From NCBI GenBank assembly GCA_033854115.1, contig JAWOKS010000035.1, forward strand, positions 4,341-68,340: a DNA stretch of 64,000 nucleotides, written 5' to 3'. The position numbers and the translations under genes were made by a program. Shown in pieces: positions 46,132-54,053 of this stretch (the stretch's first letter is position 1; every line of letters starts with the position of its first letter). The notes under the pieces are model-generated. The model saw only the letters and a list, made by a program, of their open reading frames with translations, did no database searches and was not told the DNA's origin. This DNA comes from Thermoplasmata archaeon. GTDB taxonomy: Archaea > Thermoplasmatota > Thermoplasmata > Lutacidiplasmatales > UBA184.

Positions 46132-46353
46132 ATGCCCGCCCCGCCCGAGCGGCGACGCCGTGCGCTCGCCTCGATCGCGCTCGCCGCGACCGTGCTCCCC
46201 GCGGACCGTGGCAGCAACCTCCAGCTCACCGACCCCCTTCTCTGGACGATGATCGCGATCAGCGCGGCCGGGGCGATCGTGACGTTCGCCTTCCTCGTGT
46301 ACGCGGTCCTCAGGTTCCGCGACCCGGCGACCCGGAGACGGCGCTATGGTTGA
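46132..46353 (+). CDS. Oxidase subunit II N-terminal transmembrane-helix piece (separate ORF or frameshifted 5' part of coxB)
   Basis: 73 aa with TM helix LLWTMIAISAAGAIVTFAFLVYAVLRF followed by a basic loop. Ends in ATGGTTGA, which overlaps the next ORF's start. Confidence 0.55.
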   Translation: MPAPPERRRRALASIALAATVLPADRGSNLQLTDPLLWTMIAISAAGAIVTFAFLVYAVLRFRDPATRRRRYG

Positions 46354-46810
46354 GCGGCTCGAGGTCGCCTGGACGCTCGCCGTCGTCGCGCTCATCAGCG
46401 GGGTCGCGGTCTACTCGACGATCCTCGTCTACGACGAGGACGCCCTCGTGGCGCACCCGGACGCCTATGTCGATGTGATCGCGCACCAGTGGTACTGGGA
46501 GTTCAAGTACCCCGCCAACGGGACGGACGTCGTCTCGACCTACAACGCGGCGACCGACTCCGTCTCGGGAGGCGCCTTGTGGGCGAAGCCCGGCGAGGTC
46601 CTCCAGCTCAACATCACGTCGACCGACGTCGTGCATTCGTTCAACATCCCGGGCCTCGGGATCCGCCTGGACGCGTTCCCGAACCGGACGAACTACATCG
46701 ATCTCTACGTCCCGGCCGATGCCGCCCCCGGCACGCACTACCTCATCCAGTGCACCGAGCTGTGCGGGACGTTCCACGGGACGATGCGTTCGTTCCTCGA
46801 GATCTACTGA
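46346..46810 (+). CDS. coxB: Heme-copper oxidase subunit II (one TM helix plus CuA cupredoxin domain)
   Basis: LEVAWTL TM helix, QWYWEF, VHSFNIP, and the CuA site CTELCGTFHGTM. Confidence 0.88.
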   Translation: MVERLEVAWTLAVVALISGVAVYSTILVYDEDALVAHPDAYVDVIAHQWYWEFKYPANGTDVVSTYNAATDSVSGGALWAKPGEVLQLNITSTDVVHSFNIPGLGIRLDAFPNRTNYIDLYVPADAAPGTHYLIQCTELCGTFHGTMRSFLEIY

Positions 46811-46877
46811 CGCCTCGGCCGGGGCGGTCCCCGGTAGGGACGGCCCGGAGGAGGACGACGGACCGCGTCCTCGCGTC

Positions 46878-47948
46878 TTAGGGACGAGGGCCGCCGTGGG
46901 CGGGGGGAGCCCGGGGCAGGCGGCCGGAGAGCGCGGCCGCGACGGCGAGGACCGCTCCGATCCCGAGGAGCACCGCGGAACCGACGAGGATCCACCCGTC
47001 GACGATCGCGGTGCTCGGCGGGGCGCTCGGCGCGGGCGGCAGCACCCCGACGTAGAGGAAGCCGAACATCCCGCTCGCGAAGTGGCCCAGCACCATGCAG
47101 ACGAACTCGTAGACGCCGGGCCCGGGCACGGTGAAGTTCGCCCAGGTCGAGGCCCCCTTGGGTCCCGGGATCGGAACGGACTGGTTCACGAGCGGGGGAT
47201 TCTTCGCGAACTGGCCGAGGCTCGTCACGGTCTCGTTCGGCTGGGGATACACGGTGAACGAGTGCGGGATCGAGCCGAGGTTCGTCACTTTGACGTGCAG
47301 GGTCGTCGCACCGTGCGCCGTCGGGGCCGCGGCGAGCACGTCGGGGACGAAGCGGAACTGGCTCGTCGTGTTGTCCTCGAGGAGATAGGCGGGCCCGCCG
47401 GGGGCGATGTTGAGGAAGCCGAACATCCCGGCCTGGAACTGGTACGGGACCGTCGAGACGAACTCGTAGGAGCGCAGCACCTTGGAGGCGTTGAACGTCA
47501 CGTTCGCCCACCCCGTCCCGCCGGCCGGGAGGCTCACGTTCGCGAGCGGGGGGTGCGCGACGAGGTAGCTGTCGAGCTCCGCGGGGGTCCACGATCGGTT
47601 GAGCAGCGTGCCCGCCTGGTCCGCGAGGGTGAACGTGTGGGCGTACGTCCCGTTGTTGTGGAGCTGGATCTGCACCGTCAGCGTCGCGTTCGCGCTGAGG
47701 TTCGCCGTGACGTTGAGGTACGCGGGATCGAACGAGGGGGCGTCGGTGAGGTTCACGCTGAAGTTCGCGGTGAGGTTGCCGGCCAACGGAAGGGCCCGTC
47801 CGACCCCGACGAGCGGCGCGAACCGTACGAGGTGTCCGACCGACGCTCCCGCCGGTAGGGCGGCGGTGGCCAACAGCAGGCCGGCGACCAGCCACGGCAC
47901 GGGGCGTCGCCAGCGGCCCGCGGTACGGGCGGACGGCTCGACGTTCAA
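46878..47948 (-). CDS. Two-domain cupredoxin protein with RR signal and C-terminal TM anchor. The second domain is rusticyanin-like; the first lacks Cu ligands.
   Basis: GRWRRPVPWLVAGLL signal region. Domain 2 has YEFVCMVLGHFASGMFGFLYV. Domain 1 has YEFVSTVPYQFQAGMFGFLNI (Cys to Ser, His to Gln). TTG start. Confidence 0.8.
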   Translation of the reverse strand: MNVEPSARTAGRWRRPVPWLVAGLLLATAALPAGASVGHLVRFAPLVGVGRALPLAGNLTANFSVNLTDAPSFDPAYLNVTANLSANATLTVQIQLHNNGTYAHTFTLADQAGTLLNRSWTPAELDSYLVAHPPLANVSLPAGGTGWANVTFNASKVLRSYEFVSTVPYQFQAGMFGFLNIAPGGPAYLLEDNTTSQFRFVPDVLAAAPTAHGATTLHVKVTNLGSIPHSFTVYPQPNETVTSLGQFAKNPPLVNQSVPIPGPKGASTWANFTVPGPGVYEFVCMVLGHFASGMFGFLYVGVLPPAPSAPPSTAIVDGWILVGSAVLLGIGAVLAVAAALSGRLPRAPPAHGGPRP

Positions 47949-48035
47949 GGACGGTCCTTTCGGCGCGGGGACCTGGCCCGCGTTGATATCGCCGCGGTAC
48001 GAATCGGCCCACGGCGGGGCGGGGAGGAGCCGGGG

Positions 48036-48989
48036 TCAGGGCCCCCCGACGGGTCCGGGAGGCGTGGTCCCGAGGTCGGGGACGCTCGGGCTCGCGACGG
48101 GCGGCCGCGCGACGGCCCCCACGGGCCGGGCGAGGTACGTCCGCCGCAAGAGGTAGCTCACCTCCGCGACCATCACGAGGCCCATGGTCGCACCGAACGC
48201 GATCACCCCGAGGTCGCTGCCGCCGCTCACCGCGACCGCGAGCCCGGCGAGGGCCATCGCGAGGAACGCCGCGCCGAGGCCGAGGAGGAGCCCCGCCTCG
48301 TCGCCCGCCGGGCTCCCGCGGGCGAGCTCCCGGACGAGGACGAAGAAGGCGCCGCCCATGACGGCGGTGGTCGCGAGGCCCCCGAGGAGAGGGTACGGCG
48401 CCACCCACGGGGCCACGATCGCGACAAGCACGAGCGCCCGGCCCCCGGCCCGCGCGAGCCGGGAGAGCGGCGCCCAGAGGACGAGGGCGGCCATGATCCC
48501 GGCCATCGACCAGAAGAACCACGCGGAGGAGAGCCCGAACGCGAGCGCCCGGCCCGGGCCGAGGGGACCGGGGGCGGCGCCGACCGCGAAGAGGAGGCCC
48601 ATGAGGACCTCCGAGCCGGTCACGGCCACGCCGATCGAGGCCGGCCACGTCCAGCCCTGCTCCGCCACGCGCCGGTCGCGGAAGATGAGATGGCCGACGA
48701 ACCAGAGGCCGACCGGCACGGTCATCATGAAGTTGAACGCGAGGAGGACCCAGGTCCAGGCGACGGTGCCGTTCGGGTCGAGGAAGACGAACAGAAGCGC
48801 GAGGAGCAGGACCGAGCCGCCGCCGATCACGGCGAGCGTGAGGAGCGCTTGGGTGACGAGCGGCGGCCGGCCGTCCCTCGGCCGCACGAGCCCGAGCACG
48901 AGGACGGTGATCGCGACCATCGCGATCGCCACGACCGCGAACGGCGCGAGGGACGCGTTGAGGTCGAGCGCCGGGAGCGGGAGAGCCAT
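48036..48989 (-). CDS. Hypothetical polytopic membrane protein (about 8 TM)
   Basis: 317 aa, hydrophobic, immediately upstream of the two-domain cupredoxin on the same strand. No recognised motif. Confidence 0.55.
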   Translation of the reverse strand: MALPLPALDLNASLAPFAVVAIAMVAITVLVLGLVRPRDGRPPLVTQALLTLAVIGGGSVLLLALLFVFLDPNGTVAWTWVLLAFNFMMTVPVGLWFVGHLIFRDRRVAEQGWTWPASIGVAVTGSEVLMGLLFAVGAAPGPLGPGRALAFGLSSAWFFWSMAGIMAALVLWAPLSRLARAGGRALVLVAIVAPWVAPYPLLGGLATTAVMGGAFFVLVRELARGSPAGDEAGLLLGLGAAFLAMALAGLAVAVSGGSDLGVIAFGATMGLVMVAEVSYLLRRTYLARPVGAVARPPVASPSVPDLGTTPPGPVGGP

Positions 48990-49046
48990 CGGCGGCGGGA
49001 CGAGCCGGGAGCGTTTGATATCGCCCCGGTACCGACCCCCCGGGCG

Positions 49047-49886
49047 CTACGGCGACGACTCGGTGACCCCGACGCCCCGCTCGAGCCGCCGGAGCAGCTG
49101 GGTCGTGACCTCAACAAGCGGGTGATGGGCCGAGCGATCGATCTCGATGTCCGAGAGGGTCTGGAGATGGTGCTCGGCCGCGATCCGCTCGAACCCGGTC
49201 TCCTGGGCGGCGAACTCCTCGGGACGGTCGCACGTGAGGACGAACGCCTGGAGCTGGGGGAGGCCCATCTCACGGGCCGCGAGCGCCCGGTGGTGGCCGT
49301 CGACGAGGAGCCAGCGGTCGCCCTTCCGGACGACGAGCACCGGCTCGGCGAACCCCCGCTCGAGCTCGTACCGGCGGCCTTCGAGCTCGTCCTCGAAGAC
49401 CTTCCACTGCGTCGGGCTCAAACGGTCGATCGGGACGAGCCCCCGGTGGAACGAGAACGGGAGGTTGTAGCGCTCGGCGAGGAGCCGCTTCAGCGTGTCG
49501 GCCTTCGAGGGGCTCGCTCGCTCGAAGTGCGAACGGACAACGTCGAGGTTCGAGAGGACCCCGCAGAGCCGGCCCCGCTCGTCGATGATCGGGAGGTCCC
49601 TCAGGCCGAAGCGGAACATGATGCGCGCCGCGTCGTCGAGCGCGGTGTCCGGGTTCGCGGTGTACGTCCCGGGCCGGATGATCCCCGCGAGCGTCGTCGC
49701 GCGGTCGCCCGCGTGGCGGAGGAGCTCCTTCGCGCTCACGAATCCGACGAGCTTGCCCGCCGGGTCCGTCACGGGAAGCCCGTGGTGCCGGCTCCGCGTG
49801 AGTCGCTCGATCGCCTCGCCGACGGTCGTCGTCGACCTCAGGTGCTCGACCTCGAGCACCATGTAGTCGCGGACGCGGACCGTCAT
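49047..49886 (-). CDS. CBS-pair domain fused to a ParB/sulfiredoxin-like domain
   Basis: Two CBS repeats (GLPVTD..GKLVGFVS and LPIIDERGRLCGVLS), then PIDRLSPTQ and LLVDGHHRALAA. Confidence 0.75.
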   Translation of the reverse strand: MTVRVRDYMVLEVEHLRSTTTVGEAIERLTRSRHHGLPVTDPAGKLVGFVSAKELLRHAGDRATTLAGIIRPGTYTANPDTALDDAARIMFRFGLRDLPIIDERGRLCGVLSNLDVVRSHFERASPSKADTLKRLLAERYNLPFSFHRGLVPIDRLSPTQWKVFEDELEGRRYELERGFAEPVLVVRKGDRWLLVDGHHRALAAREMGLPQLQAFVLTCDRPEEFAAQETGFERIAAEHHLQTLSDIEIDRSAHHPLVEVTTQLLRRLERGVGVTESSP

Positions 49887-50476
49887 CGGTCGAGCGACGG
49901 CTGCTCGTCCCGAAGGTAGGCCGTGAGCAGGTGGCAGACGAGCAGGTGGACGTCCTCGATGTGCTGCATGCTGGTCGACGGCACGACGATCGCGACGTCG
50001 ACCAGGTCCTTCAGCTTCCCGCCGCCCATCCCCGTGAGGCCGACCGTCGCGAGGCCGAGCGCGCGCGCGGTCTTCATCCCCTCGAGGACGTTCGGGGAGT
50101 TGCCGCTCCCCGAGATCCCGACCGCGACATCGCCCGAGTGGGCGAGCCCCTTCAGCTGCTCGGCGAAGACCCGCGCATAGTCGACGTCGTTCGCCCAGGC
50201 GGTGAGGCTCTCGACGTTGTCGACGAGCGCGACGCAGCGGAAGCGCTTCCCGTCGCCCTTCGCGGTCGCCTTGCCGATGTCGACGACGAAGTGGGAGGCG
50301 GTGGAGGCGCTCCCTCCGTTGCCGAAGAAGAAGATCGTCCGACCGTCGGCCCGGGCCTGGAGGAGGAGCGGGACGACCCGCTCGAGCCCCGCGAGGAGGT
50401 ACGCCTCCTGGAGCGCGGTCTTCGTGTCGGCGACATACGTCCGGACGTACGCCGGGAGTCCCGCGAGCCCCTTCAT
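49883..50476 (-). CDS. gmhA: SIS-domain phosphoheptose isomerase
   Basis: IFFFGNGGSASTASHF, VGISGSGNSPNV and QHIEDVHLLVCH. ATGA overlaps at both ends. Confidence 0.85.
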   Translation of the reverse strand: MKGLAGLPAYVRTYVADTKTALQEAYLLAGLERVVPLLLQARADGRTIFFFGNGGSASTASHFVVDIGKATAKGDGKRFRCVALVDNVESLTAWANDVDYARVFAEQLKGLAHSGDVAVGISGSGNSPNVLEGMKTARALGLATVGLTGMGGGKLKDLVDVAIVVPSTSMQHIEDVHLLVCHLLTAYLRDEQPSLDR

Positions 50477-51450
50477 CGACCTACGAACAGGATCCGCGAG
50501 CCCTCGGGGGTGATCCGCACCGGGAGCCGCTCCATCGGCGACAGGGCCTCCGCTATTTGACGGCTCCGCTCGGGAGGGTGCAGGAGGAAGAGGAAACCGC
50601 CGCCTCCCGCCCCGGTGATCTTCCCGCCCCAGGCCCCGGCGGCCTTCGCCGCGGCGTACCACGCATCGATCGGCCCGCTCGAGATCCCCTCCGCGAGGCC
50701 GCGCTTCAGCGTCCAGCCCTCGTCGAGGATGCCGCCGAGCCTCGCCCAGTCCCTCCCGACGATCGCGTCCCGCGCGTCGGCCGCGAGCGCGCGCATCCGC
50801 TCGAGCGCGGGGCGGTTCACCCCGGTCCGCTCGCTCTGCGGCTTCAGGATCTTCTCCGCCCGGCGCGAGGTGCCGGTGTAGAACAGCGAGAGGTGGTCGC
50901 TGAGCTCCTCCCGGTCCCGGGTCGAGAGCGGGATCGGGGCGACCCGGACCGAGTCGTCGGAGCGGAACTCGAAGTAGTGGACGCCCCCGAACGCCGCGAT
51001 GTACTGGTCCTGCTTGCCGAGCGTCCCCCCGAGGCGTTCGATCTCGATCTCGCACGCTTCCCGGGCAAGCTCGGCGGGCTCCCGGAGGACCCCGCGGTAG
51101 GCGTAGAGGGCGTTCAAGAGCCCGACCGTGAGGGTCGAGGAGGAGCCGAGCCCGGTCCCCTCGGAGGGGATGTCGGCGATCGTGTGGACCTCGATCCCCT
51201 CATGGAGGCCGACCACCCTCATCGCCTCGCGGACGAGGCCGTGCTGGAGGTCGGCGAGCTTGTCGACGTTCTCCGTACGCGAATAGGCGACGCGGATCGA
51301 GCGGTCGAACTTCGGGTTCACGAGCACGTGGATGTACCGGTCGATCGCGGCGCTCGTGACCGCGCCGCCCCCGTACGCCCGGTAGAAGGAGGGGAGGTCG
51401 GTCGCTCCCCCCGCGAAGCTGATCCTGAGGGGCGTCCGGGTGATGATCAC
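50473..51450 (-). CDS. hddA: GHMP-family sugar kinase, D-glycero-D-manno-heptose-7-phosphate kinase-like
   Basis: RTPLRISFAGGATD, PSEGTGLGSSS and GAGGGGFLF motifs. Confidence 0.8.
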   Translation of the reverse strand: MIITRTPLRISFAGGATDLPSFYRAYGGGAVTSAAIDRYIHVLVNPKFDRSIRVAYSRTENVDKLADLQHGLVREAMRVVGLHEGIEVHTIADIPSEGTGLGSSSTLTVGLLNALYAYRGVLREPAELAREACEIEIERLGGTLGKQDQYIAAFGGVHYFEFRSDDSVRVAPIPLSTRDREELSDHLSLFYTGTSRRAEKILKPQSERTGVNRPALERMRALAADARDAIVGRDWARLGGILDEGWTLKRGLAEGISSGPIDAWYAAAKAAGAWGGKITGAGGGGFLFLLHPPERSRQIAEALSPMERLPVRITPEGSRILFVGR

Positions 51451-51515
51451 GGTCGCGCCGATGCGCGGCCCCCCCTATTGAGCGTTCTCCCCGGGGGAGC
51501 GCGCCCCGGACCGGT

Positions 51516-53498
51516 CTAAAGGGTGTCGTCGGCGGACGGGGGGCGGTCGGGCGGCGGCTCCACCCGCGGGACCGCGGGCTCCGCCCGGCGTCCGGGAGCT
51601 TCGCTCGCCCGGGGGGACCAGCGGGCCCGCCGGCCGTAGAAGGCGCGCGTGATCTGGGCGAGGTCGCCGATCGGCTCGAGCCCGGGCATCGCGCTCGCGA
51701 AGGCGGGCGCGCGCCGGTCGAGGACGATCACGAGCCCCCGGTCGTGCTCGGAGCGGACGAGGCGTCCGACCGCCTGACGGACCGCCCGCTCGGTCGGAGC
51801 GTGGACCGCGTGCTCGCGGCCCCGTCCGCCCGAGCGATCGAAGTACGTCTCCAGGGCGCGCTGGCGCGCGGTCGCCCGCGGGTACGGGAGGCCGACCAGC
51901 ACGACCGCCTCGAGCTCCTCCTCGGGGTAGTCGATCCCTTCGGCGAGACGGCCGCCGGCGACCCCCACCAGGATCGAGCTGTGCGGGTCGTTCTTCCAGC
52001 CCTCGATCGAGCGCCAGAGGTCGGACGCCGGCAGGCGTGCGAACTCGAGGAACGGGTTCGGCGGGAGCTGCGAGAGGAGGCCCGCGTCCAGGACCCGGCG
52101 CATGAGGTCGAAGTCGGGGAAGAACACCGCCGTCTTGACCGGGAGGCACTCGAGGACCTTCGCGACGCGGTCGGCGAGCCGGGCGACCGCGTGGGGGTCG
52201 CGCCTCAGCTCGTCGGCCTGCACCGCGAGCTCGGGATCGTAGAGGAAGCGGCAGTGCTCGCGCGGGAACGGGGAGGGGACCTCGAGCTTCCGGGTGTCCT
52301 CGCGGAGGCCGAGGGCCCGCCGGTACGTCTCGAGCGGGGCGAGGGACCCCGAGAGGTGAACGGAGCTATGGCACTCGGTGAGGGGGCGGGCGGCCTCGGC
52401 AGCGTCGAGCGCGTAGGCCTCGAGGGCGGGCCGCGGGAGGCGCGTGACGACCTTCGCGTACCCGGGCGGTTCGAGCCGGGGCCAGGAGAGCAAGGTGAGC
52501 GCGACCGTGTGGACCCAGGACCTCGGGAGCCGCCGCTCGCGCCGCCGCTCGTCCTTGAGGTTCTCGCCCCAGGTCGCGAGCGCCCCGAGCCAGGTGTCGA
52601 GCCGGTGGTTGGTGCCCCCGAGGGCGAGCAGGAGCGCCTCCTCGAAGACCCCGGGGGGAAGGACGGCGTCGTCCTCCCGCACGAGCGCGTGGTTGAGCTC
52701 CTCGATCGCCGCGCGTACGACATCGAAGAAGCGCGTCGCGCTCGGGCCGTCCGGCAGCTGGAAGTCCCCGCGCTCCTCGACCTCCGCCCGGGCCCGCCGG
52801 ACCGACTCCTCGGGCAGGGTGACGGTCGAGACGTCGCGCAGGTAGTCCGGGAGCGTGTGCGCCTCGTCGACGACGACGTCGACCTTCGAGGCCTCGCAGC
52901 CCATCCAGCCGAAGAGGGACCGCCGGATGATCGGATGGAAGAAGAACGCGTACGGCGCGGTGACAACGCGCGCCTGGGGCAGGAGCCGCTTCGTGAGCTC
53001 GTAGGCGCAGAGGTTCTCGCCGCGGCAGTACGCCTCGTACTCCTGGGGGAGCGGCGGCTTCGCCCGGAACCGCTCGACGAGCCCGTCGACGTCCGCGCCG
53101 AGGACCCGCGCGTAGTACGGACATCCGTCGAGGTCGGTGAGGTCGATCTCGCCGTCCTCAGGGAACTCGCGCGGCGGCGTGGGGGGGGCCTCCCCCCGGA
53201 GCGCGCGGTCCGTCGCCCGCTTGCGGTCGGCGCAGAGCTTTCCGTGCTCCTCGGCCGTCGCGCCCTTCACCTCGCGGTCGTTCTCGAGGAGGAAGCAGCG
53301 GCGGGCCCGGCCCTCGAGGCCGACGGTCAGGATCGGCTGCTCGAGCCGGTGGCCGATCGTCGCCGTCTCGCGCAGGACCTGGACCTCCTGGGCGTGGGTG
53401 CGGACGAGGTAGAGCACCCGATGGTCCGCCGCGGCGGCGTGCTCGATGAGCGGGGCGAGCGTCGCGACCGTCTTGCCCGTGCCGGTCGGCGCGTGCAC
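51516..53498 (-). CDS. xpd: XPD/Rad3-family Fe-S DNA helicase. Coordinates are the minimal ORF from GTG 53498; the conserved N-terminus continues upstream.
   Basis: HAPTGTGKT, VVDEAHTL and four Cys of the Fe-S domain. In-frame upstream codons encode LFPYRPRPPQEAILREVGEVVRTGGALL (53499-53582). Confidence 0.9.
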   Translation of the reverse strand: MHAPTGTGKTVATLAPLIEHAAAADHRVLYLVRTHAQEVQVLRETATIGHRLEQPILTVGLEGRARRCFLLENDREVKGATAEEHGKLCADRKRATDRALRGEAPPTPPREFPEDGEIDLTDLDGCPYYARVLGADVDGLVERFRAKPPLPQEYEAYCRGENLCAYELTKRLLPQARVVTAPYAFFFHPIIRRSLFGWMGCEASKVDVVVDEAHTLPDYLRDVSTVTLPEESVRRARAEVEERGDFQLPDGPSATRFFDVVRAAIEELNHALVREDDAVLPPGVFEEALLLALGGTNHRLDTWLGALATWGENLKDERRRERRLPRSWVHTVALTLLSWPRLEPPGYAKVVTRLPRPALEAYALDAAEAARPLTECHSSVHLSGSLAPLETYRRALGLREDTRKLEVPSPFPREHCRFLYDPELAVQADELRRDPHAVARLADRVAKVLECLPVKTAVFFPDFDLMRRVLDAGLLSQLPPNPFLEFARLPASDLWRSIEGWKNDPHSSILVGVAGGRLAEGIDYPEEELEAVVLVGLPYPRATARQRALETYFDRSGGRGREHAVHAPTERAVRQAVGRLVRSEHDRGLVIVLDRRAPAFASAMPGLEPIGDLAQITRAFYGRRARWSPRASEAPGRRAEPAVPRVEPPPDRPPSADDTL

Positions 53499-53732
53499 GA
53501 GGAGCGCGCCGCCCGTCCGTACGACCTCCCCGACCTCGCGAAGGATCGCCTCCTGCGGCGGACGCGGACGGTAGGGAAAGAGCGTCGAGGCGGCAGGGAC
53601 GGCAGCGGCGGGCGGCGTAGAGGCTCCTCCGGGCTTCGCAGCCGGGCGGGGGGGCTTTAACCTGTGCGTTGACAGGAACGCCGGAGGCGGCCCCGGAGCG
53701 GCCGCCGGGCTCCCGGCCGCCGCGTCCCTCCG

Positions 53733-54044
53733 TCAGCCGTAGGCGTAGCGGATGCCGTACGGGCCGCGGGGGAGGTGCCAGCTCACGGAGCCCTGGTCGC
53801 AGGCGATGTCACACGTCCCGCACTCGACGCAGTCCTCGTAGCGGAAGACGAGCAGGCCGTCGATCCGCTCGTAGCACTTCGCGGGGCAGGTGAACGTGCA
53901 GCGCGAGTGCGGGCACTTCGCGCAGACCTCGGGCCGGACGGTGATGTGCGCCCGCTCCTTCGCGTCGGTCGTGGTGCGCAGGGTCCCGAGGCGGCGCTTG
54001 ATCTCGATGTAGCCGCTCTCTGCGACCGGCGCTCCCTCCGCCAT
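53733..54044 (-). CDS. fixX: FixX-type ferredoxin-like protein
   Basis: CAKCPHSRCTFTCPAKCY...CVECGTCDIAC...WHLPRGPYGIRY. Confidence 0.8.
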   Translation of the reverse strand: MAEGAPVAESGYIEIKRRLGTLRTTTDAKERAHITVRPEVCAKCPHSRCTFTCPAKCYERIDGLLVFRYEDCVECGTCDIACDQGSVSWHLPRGPYGIRYAYG

Positions 54045-54053
54045 CGCCCGACC

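Noticed and set aside
53733-53735. The in-frame TGA between fixX and xpd as a selenocysteine codon.
   Set aside because: There is no obvious SECIS-like hairpin and no Sec-machinery genes in view, and the context is a Pro/Ala linker rather than a redox motif. Readthrough, non-canonical initiation or a sequence error are more plausible.
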